Shown here in pieces: positions 1 through 15,030 of a stretch of 64,000 nt of DNA (positions are counted from its first letter, which is position 1; each line of letters opens with the position of its first letter). The stretch is from Lama glama. Lineage: Eukaryota. The DNA is taken from contig CM052832.1 of the NCBI GenBank assembly GCA_028534125.1, forward strand, positions 14,138,001 through 14,202,000. The letters run 5' to 3'. The notes under the pieces are model-generated. The model did not search any database. It saw only the letters and a program-made list of their open reading frames with translations, and was not told the origin of the DNA. Both the position numbers and the translations under genes were made by a program.

Positions 1-1744
<1,744 letters not shown>

Positions 1745-1759
1745 GATGCCTCGCTCTGC

Positions 1760-1840
1760 GAAAACAGGGAAAAAGACAAACTCTGCTCGCGCATGCGTTC
1801 AAATAGGGCCTTATTCTCGCGAGAGATACCTACTTCCGGT
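1760..1840 (-). promoter_or_regulatory. RPL10A core promoter: TCT/5'TOP initiator with NRF1-like, TCTCGCGAGA and ETS/GABP motifs, inside a CpG island (~950-2130)
   Basis: Minus-strand pyrimidine tract TCTTTTTCCCTGTTTTC (TSS ~1775); GCGCATGCG ~1789-1797; palindrome TCTCGCGAGA 1815-1824; ACTTCCGG 1832-1839; typical ribosomal-protein promoter architecture. Confidence 0.85.
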
Positions 1841-2861
1841 GGCTTCCTTCTTGAGCACGGTCAGGCAACTCAGTCCCGGGGTTGGGGGGCGCCGCCCGCG
1901 GCCGCGAGAGGGCGCCACCGGCGCGCGTTGCATCTTTAGACCCGCGCGCGGCGACCCGAGATGCGGCGGTGACGGGGGCCCCGTGGCAACTTAGTATACC
2001 CACTTTCGCGCCGGCTGCTACCAGGCTCTTAGGGAAGAGACCGGGTCCAGGGCTCAAGCTGCAGGAGTTACACTACTAGGCACCGCACTGTGACGGCCGC
2101 CAGAAGTATTGCAGTTCCTGCACGTTTGTCGCTCAAACCTGCCCCCGCTTCCTCCTGCCTTCCACACCTGCTTGTTCTCAAAAGCTGGCTTTACTCCTGA
2201 CCTCTCTGCCTCACCTTGTTCTAGCGCGGGCTCATGGCCCCCGAGGAGGTTGTGAGAAGGGAAACGTCAAGAGCTGTTCCGGCCCCTCAGGGTCTGCAGT
2301 GGGGAAGAGCGGGGAAGGTTCTGTAATGAACTTTCACCTGATAGTTGACTCAGTAACATCTACAGGTTAAGTGTTTACTATGAATAAGGCACCTAGCTAA
2401 GTGCTTTGGGAATAAATATGAAGATGTAAAACACACGCCTACAGTATTGCATACCCCTTCTGCCTGTCCAACAGGCCCCATCCTCTGCTCTGTCCACAGT
2501 AACCCCAGGAGCCCCTCAGATCCCGCCTCAAATACCACCTGCCCCAAAAGCCTTCTCCAGCTCCAGGCTGATCACTCCCACCTTCAGTCCCCCTCCCCAC
2601 AGTGCTCAGGAGTCCCCTGCTCAACAGACAGCTCTGGTAGGGTTGGGGTGCGTGGTGTCACATTATCTGGCACACAGAACGTGAATGAACTTGGGACTTC
2701 TACCACCTTCCCTTAACAGAACACTTCATAGGGAAAAAGACGCCGCTAGCCACTGACGGGGTGGCGGGACAGAGGTGGTGGTGGTGGTGTGTTTTCAACA
2801 AATACTCAGTTAAGACGAAGGCAGGTCCTGCTTCTAATAAGACATAATTGAGCCTCCTGTT

Positions 2862-2867
2862 TTTAAT
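2862..2867 (-). terminator. Probable FANCE polyadenylation signal (ATTAAA)
   Basis: ATTAAA on the minus strand ~450 nt after the FANCE stop, in an AT-rich patch. Confidence 0.5.
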
Positions 2868-3319
2868 AAAATACTGTTGATAAATTATTATTCAAGTCAG
2901 AAACAAGAACACAGAAGATCGTTAACATACACCTGAGAATAAGAGATTTGTGCTGAGCACACAGGTCCCCCAGAGCTCCTGGAGTATCATTCGTCCGCTC
3001 TGCGTCTGGTTGGACCCTACTGAGGCCTACCTTAAAGTTTCTGTCCCCACAGCCTGAGGGAGAAGTGACAAGGAGGGAGCTCACAGTCAGCAGCCCTTAG
3101 TAATATAGTTCATCCAGTCCCCGAAGACTGGGACCCTCCCTGCTGGCTGGGAGGCCCAGATGACCTCTCTGCAGCCTGCTGCCCAGAGGCAGGTGATCCC
3201 TAGGAAGGCCAAGCTCAACCTTTACCCCACATGAGGAGTCAGGATGAGGTGCCCAGGGCCGAAGTGTCCTTTAGGAAGCTGGTGAGGGAGCTCCAGGAGG
3301 GTGGTCCCTTGGTGGATGG

Positions 3320-3421
3320 TCAGAGGGCCAGATGTCTCAGGGCAGCCTGCAGGGACTTCCTCAGGAATGTGGTGTTGAACTCGATGGCTGCGGCCAGGCC
3401 CAGTCTCTGGATCTCAGTGAT
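3320..3421 (-). CDS. FANCE: FANCE exon 10
   Basis: tttccag|[42 protein letters not shown]. Confidence 0.95.
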   Translation of the reverse strand: MTEIQRLGLAAAIEFNTTFLRKSLQAALRHLAL

Positions 3422-6400
3422 CTGGAAAGAAGAATCCTGTCAGGACTTCACCAGCTGATCCCTCCCCTCTGCCCTCTTCCCTGGGGCTGTTTAGTTAGAA
3501 GATAGGAATCCAGGACACAAGGACAATAGGAGGCAATGACTCCCTGAGCAATCTAACCTCATTATCTCACCATGGTTAAGCAAGGTCTTTGGATTCAGGT
3601 AACCCTGGGTAAGATACTAACTGCACAAATTGCTAAGTCAGTCACATTAATAACTGCTGACAATCATTAGGTGCTTACTATGTGGCAGCACTTTCTATGC
3701 ATTACTTCATGTAATCCTCACAACCCTCCCATTTTATAGATGAGGAGACTGAGGTTCAGAGACACTCCATTGTGGCTGCCACTTTCCCTCTGGGCCACAC
3801 TTTTCCTTCCCTGACCTGTTGCTACAACCTCCTGACAGGTCTTTACCCTCTATCTTCACTCTCCAATACCCACTCCTTACAAAGGCCAGACGCTTCTTTA
3901 TAGAATGCAAATCTGACCAAGTCACTCCAGCTGAAGGCCCCAAGATAACTCCTGATGCCTCATACTGGAGGCCCTTCTTCCAGGATCTACAGAGAGTTTC
4001 CAGAGGATCCAGGAATCTCCTGAAATTGTGCATCAGATGTGCATTCATATTTTCATTTTCCTGGGAGGATGTCTAGCTTTCATCAAATCATCAAAGGGGC
4101 CTGTGACTCCTCAGAGAAGGGTAAAGAGCCAATAGCCAAGAACACCTGGCCTTCAGGACTAAGTCCAAGCTCCTCCCAACCTGTAGGGCCCTCCATAAGA
4201 TGCTACCATGTCCTGGCAGGGCAGTGTGACCTTGGGCAGGTTACTTTAACCCGAGTCTCAATTTCCTCACCTATGAAACGGAGCTAGTAATAGTATCTTC
4301 TCATAGGACTAACACGGAATAAACCAGCAAGTTAACATACGTAAAGGGCTTAGAACGGGGGGCCTAGGACATAGCAGGGGCTATGCAAGTATTAGCTCTC
4401 AGTATTTTAGCTCTCTAACCTCATCTCCTACCACCATCCACTCTCAAGTTTTTAGGCCCCAGCTATCTGCAGATCCCCTCTGACATTCACGCTCACCGTA
4501 TTTCTTTTACCTGGAATGCCCTTTACTCCATCTCAGCCCTTGACCAACAGGCACCCTTAAGAGTCAGAAAGCCTGTCCCAGCTCCCAACCACAAAGTTTA
4601 GTTGGCCCCTCCTCCTCTGTCATCAAATGCCCTGTGCACACCTCTCACCTGGCTCCTACCATATATTACAATGATCTGTGTATCACCTCTCTCCCCTCTC
4701 ACTAGCCTGGCACCAGGGTAGAGGGTCAAGTCAAGGACAGGGACTGCATCATGGTCACTATTGATCCCCCAGTGCCCCATGTAGTATTTGGCCCACTGTG
4801 GTTTTGGCTGGATGAAGGATCTCCTAAGCAGTCTCATTCCCCAGCTGGGCTTGAGGTCCTGGCAGATATTCATACATCCCCCTGGCAGGCTCAGAGCAGC
4901 AGGACCAACCCTCGTGGCCAAATGAACACTCACATTAGCCTGATACTTGGTCATCACGGTCAGCATGAGCTTGGCATAGGCCATTGACATGGTGGCTGCT
5001 GGCCCCTCTTTATAAAGTTTCTCCATCAACACATTGAACTTCTCAGGCGGCATCTCCACCTGCACACATTAGGAGATGGGACAGTAGCACAAGTTAGGGC
5101 CCTAGATTCAATTTCTAACTCTACCACTTCCTAACTAGGTGATCCTGGACTGGTCACTTAAGCCAACTAAGCCTCAGTATCCACATCTGCAAAATGGGAC
5201 TCATAATATTTAACTCTGAAGACTGAGAAAAGGATTAAATGAGATAATGCACATAAAGCCCGGCACATAAGTCTCAGAAAACAGTGGCTACAATTGCAAA
5301 GGCTCAGATTAGGACCAAAGGAAGGCCAAACAACTAGCGTGGTTTAGTGGTTGAAGATGTAAGGAGAGGTCCCAAGGGGTACTGCCAGCATAATAACAAT
5401 AGCTCTTCAAAGCAGTAATTTAGTACACACTTATTATGCATTTGGTACCATTCTGAGCACATGACACCACTTACACCATTTAAGCCTGACCCCAACTTTG
5501 TAGGGTAGGTGCTATGATTGCTCCCCTTTTGCAGATAAGGAAACTGAGACATAAAGAGGTTAGGTCAACTACCTAAGTTATAAACACATGAGTCAGAATT
5601 TTAGGTACTGACATGGAAAAATTGCCAAAAAATCCTGTCAAATTAAAAAGGCAAAGAACAGAAGAGTAATGACCTTGGTATGTTACCATCTATGTAAAAA
5701 GCAGAGGAAAAGTAAATTTAAACATGTGTCCTTGTTTATATAAGACATCTCTGGGAGTGTTCTGTAACTGGTAACACTGATTAGTCCTGGGGAGGGGAAT
5801 CTGGATGGCTAGAGGGAAATTTTTCACTATATCCTTTTAAGCTTTCAAAATTTTTGAACATATGAATCTATTACCTATTCAAAAATAAAATTAAATTTGT
5901 ACTCACACATCAGAAAGTCCCTCCCCAAGGCCACACAGCATAAGAAGCAGAGCTGGGATCCACCATGCAGTCAGCTCTCTGCTACTAACCTTCCAGCCCC
6001 AGGACTCTCCCACTGTCATGGGGCACCCTACTGGAGGGCAGCTGTCCTGCTTGCCCCTCCATTACCTGCACCAAAGGGGTCAGAAACCCAGGAGCCCCAC
6101 CCCCGTTCACAGCACTGCAGCACTTCTTTGCCCACTCTTCGCACCGCAGCCTGCTCACCTGCCGCTCCAGGAGTGATTGCAACACCAAGAAAGACTCCTC
6201 CTTCCACGGCAGCTCCAGGATCTGTCTGCAAACACAAGCCCCAGTGAGAAAAGCCCAGACTCCCACCCACGCCTGGATATCTACTGCTCCTGCCCCGAGG
6301 CAGGGAAAGGCCCTGGAGACAGCCAAGACTCTCAGTCAACAGAGGAAGTAGTCAGAGCCTCCTGATGCTGGTGGCCACCTGGTGAGCCCATACTCAGTGC

Positions 6401-9400
6401 AGGGAAGGCCACAGCCCAAGTACTCCAGAGCTGACAGTGAAGGATCTGGTAATGATGTATAAAGGTCTCCTGAAAAAAAGACTGCATCCTGTTTTCACAG
6501 TGAGGTCCTCTCCAGCTACACCTCCTTCTCTGCTGTGCAGTCCTCAGCTGGTCTGGAAAGGCAGAATGTCACATGGAAACAGTGTGGCTTCTTGGTTGCA
6601 CAGACTTGGGTTTGATCCCAGGCTTTTTCACTTACTGGCTGTGTGACTTCTGGCCAGGTCCCTTAACCTCTCCGAGCTTCAGTTTTTCCATCTCTAAGGT
6701 GACAGCAGCACTGACCTCACAGGATTGCATGAAGATTAACTGAAGTAATGAATCTAAAGCACAGAAAAGTGCTTGATAACTGGCAGTTGATATTATTTTA
6801 AAGACTGTCACCTTCTCACATTATACTTAGCATTTTCTATTTCACATTGGTGTCCAATGACTGTTTCTTGATTCCCCAATTTTAATACCCAAACTTAACA
6901 CCAATTTAATAACAATTTTTGAACACTTACTAGGTGCCAAATCCTGTGCTGAGTTCTTTATACTTAATATCTAGAAAAATCCTATGGAATGAATACATAT
7001 TATCCCTATTTTTTGTATGTGGAAACAGAGGCTCAGAAGGATGGACTAACCTGTTTGAATTCACATATTTAAATCTAAGACAAGGCTGAGACTGTAAACT
7101 ATGTCTGTCTGACTCCAAAGCCAGCGCTCTGAGCCACTGTGCCACGTTCCAGCTATGCCGTGAACTCCAGAGCAGGAGCACCAGCGTCTTCTCTGCATTC
7201 CCTGGGCACCTGACTGGAACCCTGAGCTTGGGAAGGCACACGGGAAGTCAACTTGCACAGGCCCATGGGGTTCAGGGCAGTGACAGGGGGCGTTGGCTGT
7301 GCTGCTGCCCGTCTTTTGGGCACAGGGTCTGATGCCCAGCCAGCTCCCGTCCCAGAACTGCGAGCGGGCTTGGAGAAGGGGGTGGGGGCAGCATGAGGGC
7401 CTGTGTACTCACCCCAGCATCAGAACCTGCATGTCTGGCTCTAGGGCCTTGTCCTTCATAAGGCAACACAGTAATTCGGTTTGAGCTGGACCTGGGTAGG
7501 GGACAGCAGAGGGGAGAAGTCTAGGAGAAAACGGCAGGAAAGAATGGGGCTAGCGGGGAACAAAATGCCTGGCTCATTAAAGGGGCATCATCAGGAAGCC
7601 AACAGATATCTTTATTCATTGAATATTCACCTCCTGTCTGGGCCACCCTGGGGTAAAGGTGCTGGGAACAGAGAGGGAAGAGCTACCAGGCCTGGGACTG
7701 GTTCCAGAATTACCTGTTCTTGGAGCTTGGAGTACAGGGCCAAGGAGGGCTCTGCAGACAGCGTAGGTATACTTGGTACAGAAGGCGGTCAGGGCGGTTG
7801 TGAGCAGGCGGGAGGCTGAGGAAGTAAGGGAGAGAATCTACAACCAATGGGAAGGAAAATATTAATTTCTTCTTCCCGTCAATAAATGTTTATCAGACAC
7901 GTATTTCAGATGCTGACACGTTACAGAGGAAAAAAATCTTTTATCTAGGACTAACATGGACTCACTCATTGGAAAGGACATATAGCTCCGTTCCCCAGGT
8001 CCCAAATCCCTAATCCCAAATCCCAATTCCTTCAGCTTCCGGAAGGGTCAGGGGCCCAAGAGGGGAGTTAGCTGTCATGTGGTAGATGTCCCAGGACAGG
8101 CCAGATGCAAGGCTGGGAACCCTGTCTCCTACCCTTCTGAGGGGTCAGGCTCTCTCCCTCATTGTCCCTGGCACTCCAAGTGCATTCCAGTGCACCTACC
8201 CGTCCAAGAAAGAGGCTCCTGGTCAGCACAGTAGCATTGCTTAGGCTGAGATCTGGGGAAAGGGCCAGCAGCCAGGTGCAGAGCTGCAGAAGGCCAGCGT
8301 CTGAGAGCTGTGGGAGCTGCAGCTGGGCACACAGCAGGTCCACCTGCCAAGGAGGAGGGATGACACTGGGACACTCAGTCTGACTCTGCTGGGCTGTGTC
8401 AAGCCAACCAGGTGGCAGAAGGGGCGGGGCAAGGGCACTCCAGGGTCAGGAAAGGCTGGGAGAGCTGCCCTATGGGGAGGAACCAAGGGCTAAAAGAAAC
8501 CACTCAGGGTGACCCCTGCCCCTGAGAGACCAAACAACCCAACAAAATCCCCTCCCCAAGTTCCCACATGAGGCAGGGAAACACAAACTGAAATGGAAGA
8601 AGGCTGGGGAGAGGGAATGTGTCCTCAGGCCCAGGCAGCCTTTCTGACTCACCTGGCTGGGACTGCATTCGTGGAGAAGCTGCAGCTCAACTGGTGGGGC
8701 ACCCTCCAATCCCTCCAATCCCTGGGAAGGCAAGTCCCATGTTAGGGCTGGCTGGGCCCTCAGCTGCCCCTTTGACTGGCAGAGTGGGTGACTGAGGCCC
8801 CCCAAAGGTGCTACTAGAAGAGAAGGACTCATCTGAGGTTAGACAACAAACTTGGGCCAAAAGCAGCCTTTGCAGTGACTGTCCTCGGACCTTCTCTCCA
8901 CCCCCCTCACCCAAATGGCCTGTGCCTCACTGCACTGGGACTTCCCCGGGCACAGCTGAGGTCCAGGCAGAAGGTTGAAGAAGGGCTCTGGGGAGCAGGG
9001 TCAGGCCAGTCACCTCCCCGAAGGTCCTGAGCAGCTGCTGCATCCTGGGAACCTGATCCTGCAGAGGAGAGCCCAGTCATTGCCAAGTCCCTGCCTGCAT
9101 AGGGTGGCCCCAAGCCCTGTCCCAGACCACTCTCTGAGGAGGCCCCCGGTCAGTGGGAGCTAGTAGGCAAAGATGACTCATGACAGCCAAGAATATGAAG
9201 CCTGAACCTTGAAAAGTGCTTAAGAACTCAAACTAGACAAGGCTCCTGTAAATCCATCTGTATAGACTCATCTTCTCTGCATCCATCCTAATGGGGGCAG
9301 ACCCAGGCCTTGGGCTGGAAGGACAGGCTGGATGCTGGCACCATTCCCCCTATTCCCATAAGATGGGGTGGTGGGGGTGGCTTCAGAGCCTCTCCTTTTA

Positions 9401-12400
9401 CCTGATACCCTTTAGCCTCACGTTATTGATCATTAGGTTAAGGGTTCCCACTCCCAATAACGCCCTTCCTCACCCCCTCCTCAGAGTCTGTGGAGCAGAA
9501 ACTACGTTCCCTCCACCCCACCCTCCTTCCCCTTGCTCCACGGACTAGTCATCCCAAATGGGAAATAGCATCCCAGTGGGCTTTCACCCTGTATAAACCC
9601 CCACTCCTGAGGGGTCACTCTAAACCAGCCTCCTCATCCTAGTACCTGGATAGCTTTGGGCAACTCCAAACTCTCAGGTAGGCCCTTAGCATCCTCTAGA
9701 CTTGGAGCAGCCTCACTGGGCTCAGCCCCCATGGCAGGCTGCTTCTTAATGGGTGATGCACCTCCTCCATCAGCCAGGGACTCCAAAGATTCATGTTCAG
9801 GTCTTGCTTCCTGATGACCTGCCTCTTTCTCTTCTTCCTTTTCCAAACACCGAAACCTTTTGGGGGCCCTTTCCCCATCAGGACTGGCAGACTCTTCCTC
9901 TGGCCCCTTTCTGCGTTTCCCAGGCCACTGGGAGTCCTTGTCCTTCTCTTCTTCCTTTTTGGGGTCTGGAGCATGGGGCCATCTCAGCTTCCTGCCCCCT
10001 TGGCCCAGCTGCCTACACAGGCCTTGGAGTTGTCTCTGGCACCTTGCAGATAGTGGGGATGCTCCCTCAGTGGAGGCCCCAACACCCAGATCCTTTCGCA
10101 GCAATTCCCCAAGGGCCCGGAGCCAGAGATCAGGGTCAGGGCTTGGGTCCTGGTGTGCAATCTGCAGTACAGGGAGGAGACTGCTTTCAGGCAGTGATGG
10201 CCAAACAGCCATCAGCAGAGACATCAGATTCCTTTGGCATAATGGGGGCAATCGTAGCAGCAGCGGTTTCCTGGATAGCAGAGGGAGAACAAGCAGTTAA
10301 GAGTATCTTGCTGAAAGGAATACAGGGCAGACTGGGCAGAGCTAGAGGCTAGATGGCAATGGACAGACTGGGAGCCAGCAGTTGTAAGTCAGTTTGGATG
10401 GAGAGGGGCTAGCACGGGAGTCATTCAACAAGTGTCCATTGAGCATCTATTCTATGGTAGGCCCTGCTCTTTGACATCACCTATTCCAGCTCAAAAATTC
10501 CCCTATAATAGATCCATGCTTGCTTTATATATACACATATATATGTATATAAAACCCTTCCCCAAACTTGAGGTAAAAATACTACTCCCAAATGCTGTGC
10601 TATGCTTAGTCTGCAAGCATAGGGAGCAAGGCCTGTGCTCCCCTTGGCAATCCCCTGGAGCTCACAGGGTCACACCAGTCCAGCTCTGATGTTCCTTTCA
10701 CCAAACTGAGTTCCTGAGACATGGAGGCAGTCTCCTTTCTCTGTGTCCTGGTACCTAGCACAGCACCAGCCCATAGAAGGCACTTGGTGCACATTTACTG
10801 AATGAATGAACTCTCTGGGAATAAGTGTTCCAAGATCAGCAAGACTGCTGAGGACAATGTAGCTGTCTGTAATGTTACAAAGGCATGAATCCAGATATTG
10901 TGTGACCTGACGCTTGTTGGCGTGGCAAGCAGGTCATGGGTGCATCTAGCCTATCACCCATCATGCCTCTGCTCCCCTCCATTCATGACTTAACGGGGCT
11001 GTTCCTCACACACAGAGGCACTTGGGATACGTGAGAGAGGAAAGCAACCCTGACTTCTATTTTTGTATGTGGAAAAAAACACTAAGTGAGAGAAAAAGGA
11101 GAGTAAAAGTTAAAAAGATGGTCAATTTGTGGTGGAGGATACTGGGAGTAAAGAAGTGGGGGAGATCCTACTTCAAGGACTTAAAATTTTTGTGTGTGGA
11201 CCCCCTTACCAGAATGATTTAAATGCATAAAATAAAATACATAGAATTACAAAATAAAACAATTACAACAATTATACTGAAGTAAAGTTCTATCCAGGAC
11301 TCTAGGTTAAGTCCTTTTCTCTTACTCAGTCCAGAAACAGCCAGATAGCTGGACAAACGTTTCTATACCCTTCAATTTGGGGCTTCTAAAAATTCTCTTG
11401 AAAGAAATGGAATGTGGGAAGAAATTATTAGAACTTATATTTCTACTTATCTAAAACATAATAAATTATTAGAAATGTTTAATATATGGACTGGCCTTCT
11501 ATATTCCAGTCCAATTCTTAGAGAGGGGTATCCAAGGAGAGTAGGAGGTCTGCTCTTCTGCCCTCTAAACGCTGAAGGTGGCACCTCCCTCCCTTTCTGC
11601 ATTTTAGTTGACTATGATAGTTAAGTGATCTATGTATGAATGCTGTATTATCTTTAACAAACCAAACCCTCACAAAATGGACACATGGCTTTTAAGGATG
11701 CCTGAAAAGAACCTGAATATCAATAACGAAAGTACAACCTAGTAAAAAAAATGTCAGAGCTGACACTTCTGCTCCTAGTAGGAATTCTTAGCCACATAAA
11801 GAGGGCAAGTTCCAAGTCATCCAAAAGACTAGAAATTACCAAGAACACCATCCTTAAGGGAAGAGGGTTTGCCTTAAAATCTGTATCATGCTTTGAAAAA
11901 TTGATAATATAAAGCCACCACGATCAGATGTTTAATGTCATTTACCACTTCTAAATTTCTATTTTTGTATGCCTAACTGTACATATTTTGACGCACGTGT
12001 TCGCTTTACACACATAAAGTACACCTATACTGAGGGAAGGGATCGAGTTTTTTAAGAGAAGTAAGTGACCAGTATCAACTGGAGTCCACTGACAGATTCA
12101 TTTACACTTAACCAAAGGCCCGAGTCTTCTGTCTAGGTATGCCGCACCAGCCGGCATCCAGCAGGTAGTCAACGAAGGTCTGCTGGCTGCCTCTCCTCAC
12201 GGGCTGCGTGGCAGGGACCCGCTTGCTGAGGGGAAGTCAGTAGCCTCTCTCTGCCTCGGTATTCTCATCTAGAGAAGGAATGTTCAGCCAGCCCTTGCCG
12301 CACACGACCGTGGAAGATGAAGGGCGGTGCCCCTGGCCGCCGAGACCAGCAGGGAAGGAGGAACGTGGGCTGACTTACAGCTCCAGGCGGCAGTCCGGGC

Positions 12401-12626
12401 CCTCCACCACGGGCTCCTCCCGGCACAGCGCCTCGAGGACCCGACCCCAGCCGAAGGGCTCTCCGCCGCGGCCGGTCACCGCCCGCAGCACCCGCAGACC
12501 GCGCCGCGCCCCGTCAGGCCCCGACTGCAGCGCCTGTAGCAGAAGTCGGGCGGGGGCCTCCAGCTGCGCCCAGGGCGCCTGCTCCGCGCCCTCAGCCTGA
12601 GCGGGCACGGCCTTCGGGGCCTCCAT
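3320..12626 (-). CDS. FANCE: Fanconi anemia group E protein, 10 coding exons, 1629 nt, 542 aa
   Basis: Exons 12379-12626, 9646-10270, 9014-9058, 8653-8721, 8200-8343, 7714-7837, 7413-7491, 6159-6225, 4934-5059, 3320-3421; all GT-AG, open frame from [10 protein letters not shown]...[21 protein letters not shown] to ...[18 protein letters not shown]; conserved synteny with RPL10A and PPARD. Confidence 0.97.
4934..5059 (-). CDS. FANCE: FANCE exon 9
   Basis: 126 nt; [42 protein letters not shown]|gtgagt. Confidence 0.95.
6159..6225 (-). CDS. FANCE: FANCE exon 8
   Basis: 67 nt; [22 protein letters not shown]|gtgagc. Confidence 0.95.
7413..7491 (-). CDS. FANCE: FANCE exon 7
   Basis: 79 nt; [25 protein letters not shown]|gtgagt. 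Confidence 0.95.
7714..7837 (-). CDS. FANCE: FANCE exon 6
   Basis: 124 nt; [41 protein letters not shown]. Confidence 0.95.
8200..8343 (-). CDS. FANCE: FANCE exon 5
   Basis: 144 nt; [48 protein letters not shown]|gtaggt. Confidence 0.95.
8653..8721 (-). CDS. FANCE: FANCE exon 4
   Basis: 69 nt; [23 protein letters not shown]|gtgagt. Confidence 0.95.
9014..9058 (-). CDS. FANCE: FANCE exon 3
   Basis: 45 nt; [15 protein letters not shown]|gtgact. Confidence 0.93.
9646..10270 (-). CDS. FANCE: FANCE exon 2
   Basis: 625 nt; [22 protein letters not shown]...GKRRK...PKRFR...ELPKAIQ|gtacta. Confidence 0.96.
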
Positions 12627-13100
12627 GCCCGGGGCCCGGAAGCCACACTGCCGCACTCTGGTTTCGGGACTCAGCACCCATACCACAGTAGAAGGAGAAA
12701 GACGCCAGCGCCAGCCCCAAAGCGGCAGCAAGTCTCCTCGCGCGCCCGCCACATTCCCTTCTCAGCTCTCGAGAACGTGCTCGGATTTGCGTCCGGCATC
12801 GGACAAGGAAGGGAGGGGGAGGAGCGGCCGGAGAGGCACGGGGGCGAGGCACGAGGGCAGGCCGGAAGGGGCGGGGCCCGGAACGCTCCTGGCCAGAGAG
12901 GAGCAGAAGGGAGTAGCAAGGCGAAGGCTGAGCGGGGGCGGGTCCACAAATAGGTTGGTGGGCGGGGTCATGCAAGAGATTGCTGGAGGGTGGGGCTTGG
13001 TGGAGGGGCGGGTCTTTGGCTGCTCCGCTGCTGACCCTAACCGCCTTCCTTCCTCCACCGCTCAAGAGGGTGGGCCGGGCGGCAGAGGGCAGAATGGATG
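12150..13100 (-). promoter_or_regulatory. FANCE CpG-island promoter
   Basis: CpG-dense, GC-rich; ETS motif CCGGAAG 12862-12868 abutting GC box GGGGCGGGGC 12868-12877, further GC boxes upstream; island limits approximate. Confidence 0.8.
12379..12626 (-). CDS. FANCE: FANCE exon 1 coding part
   Basis: 248 nt from ATG (ggcATGG) to GAG CT|gtaagt. Confidence 0.95.
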
Positions 13101-13988
13101 TCAGGGATCCTATTGTACTTCAGGATCGTTTAATTTTAGCTGATGTCTATGTTGCTTGTAGATCATGGGCTTTGCCATGGGATTTGATCATAATTTACCA
13201 CCTCACCGTAGCATCACCTCTTCCACAGGCCATCAACCGCCATCATGCAGAAATATTTGTTGAACCAGTGTACCTGAGAATGGAGTCTCAGCAAAACCTA
13301 ACGCCATCTATATGGCCAAAGGCCTTACTGTGAACTTCCTCCCAAAGACCTAGGAGCGGCCTTGCTCTGGTTGTTCATAAGGGGCCAAGAGTGCCTCCAC
13401 CTCCAGGGTTTCAGTTAAGGAAGTGGAGGAAGCAGTCTTCCAGGGAAGGGAGGGGGTCACTGCAGAGGACAGGAATAGGACAGGGAGAGGGGAGAAGAGC
13501 CCCACAGCATCCCATAAACCCTATTTTGCGTGCCAGCTTGTATTTCTCATCCTCCCAGCTTCTGCTGCCACATACGCATCCACTGAGTAAATCTGCACTG
13601 AGCACCTTATGGCTCGGTATACAGGGAACACAATAGAGACCCTTGCGCTCATTGTTGCTGACACTCAAGCAGAGACAGACAACTAAATAAGTAAACAACA
13701 GGATGCTTGTTTGTTGTAAGTGCTTTCAAGAAGAATAGACTAGGGAAGGGAGATCGAGTGAGGTAGTTTTATGTAGGTAGTCAGGCAAAACCTGAAGGAG
13801 ATAAGGTGAGGGAACGGCAAATGCAAAGGCTCTGGGGCAGAAGCATGGTTGGAGTGGAGTGCAGTTGCTAGGAAGTAAGAGGAGATAAGATCAGAGAGAG
13901 AAACAAACCAGGTCTTATACCACCTTGAGGTCAGAGAGTGGAATCTGTCTTTCATTCTGAATAGTCTGGGAAACCACAGATATATATT

Positions 13989-14099
13989 GGGGGGGTAGTA
14001 ATTAGGTTTACTTATTTATTCAAAGGAGGTACTGGGGATTGAACCCCGGACCTTGTGTATGCTAAGCATGTGCTGTACCATTTGAGCTATACCCTCCCC
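13989..14099 (-). mobile_element. tRNA-derived SINE (Vic-1-like)
   Basis: Reverse complement has GGGAGGGTATAGCTCA A-box, GGTTCAATCCCC B-box and AAATAAGTAAACCTAATTAC tail. Confidence 0.85.
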
Positions 14100-14779
14100 A
14101 CCGCCATAGGCATATTTTGAGCTGCATCTGATTTCCATTAGCACCCAAATTTTAATTTTTTTCCAAAATGATTTCAAGGGAGCTGTTGAAAAAGACTAAG
14201 CATTATTTCTTCGATAATGCCTGCTTTGCAAAGGCCAAAATGGTAGGAAAGAAGTTTCTTCCAAGCACCTCTATCTCAGGTGAGCAGTTCTAACCTCATA
14301 GATGTTTTTGGTCTTCAAATGACCAAATGCTGGTCTTCAAATGCTGTTAGGGCCCGGGGAGAGGTGGGGGGAGGCCCTGAGAAGTAGTAGGCAGGGCCAA
14401 GAATGCTAAACAGCTTTCAATGCCCTGCCCCCCTCAGTTTTACTCAGTGGTGTCTCTGGCTCATGCCCATCAAGGTTTACATTCTAGCAAAGGAGAAGGA
14501 GAGTAGGGAGGAAAGTTCTAAGCGTGGTTCAAGAACCCTGGGGGAATCCTGGAGACCTTTGCATGGAATTCATGACATTTTTACTATTTATACAATACCT
14601 AAAATGTTCTTTGCCCTTTCTGCTCTCATTCTCTTAGAAGCATAATGTGAAGTTTTCCAGAGGTTACATGATGAATGATATTGCAACAGACTGCAGAAGC
14701 AACACTCGACTGGGGTGGGAGGGCACCTGGGCTATGAGCAGACACTCTTCAGACACCAGCAGTGATGGCTTAGGCGCAT

Positions 14780-14785
14780 TTTATT
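14780..14785 (-). terminator. Probable polyadenylation signal of the makorin gene (AATAAA)
   Basis: AATAAA on the minus strand ~245 nt downstream of the TAA at 15031-15033. Confidence 0.65.
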
Positions 14786-15030
14786 GGTTTTCTTTCAGAA
14801 TTTGTCTACAAAAGAGCAAAGTTAAAAACCAAGTCCCCGGCAAGAAGGTGAGAACCCTTCCTCTTTCCAAGAGCCCTCCCTCATCCCCATGTTCCCCAAC
14901 TGTGTCACTGCTGTGGTTCATGGGGGTGGAGGGCTTGCTATTTTCACCCCCCACCAAGCCCAAAAAGGGAAAAGACCTACCACCTAGCAACCCCTGCCCC
15001 TCAGCCCCATCCCCCACATGTTGATCCTGG

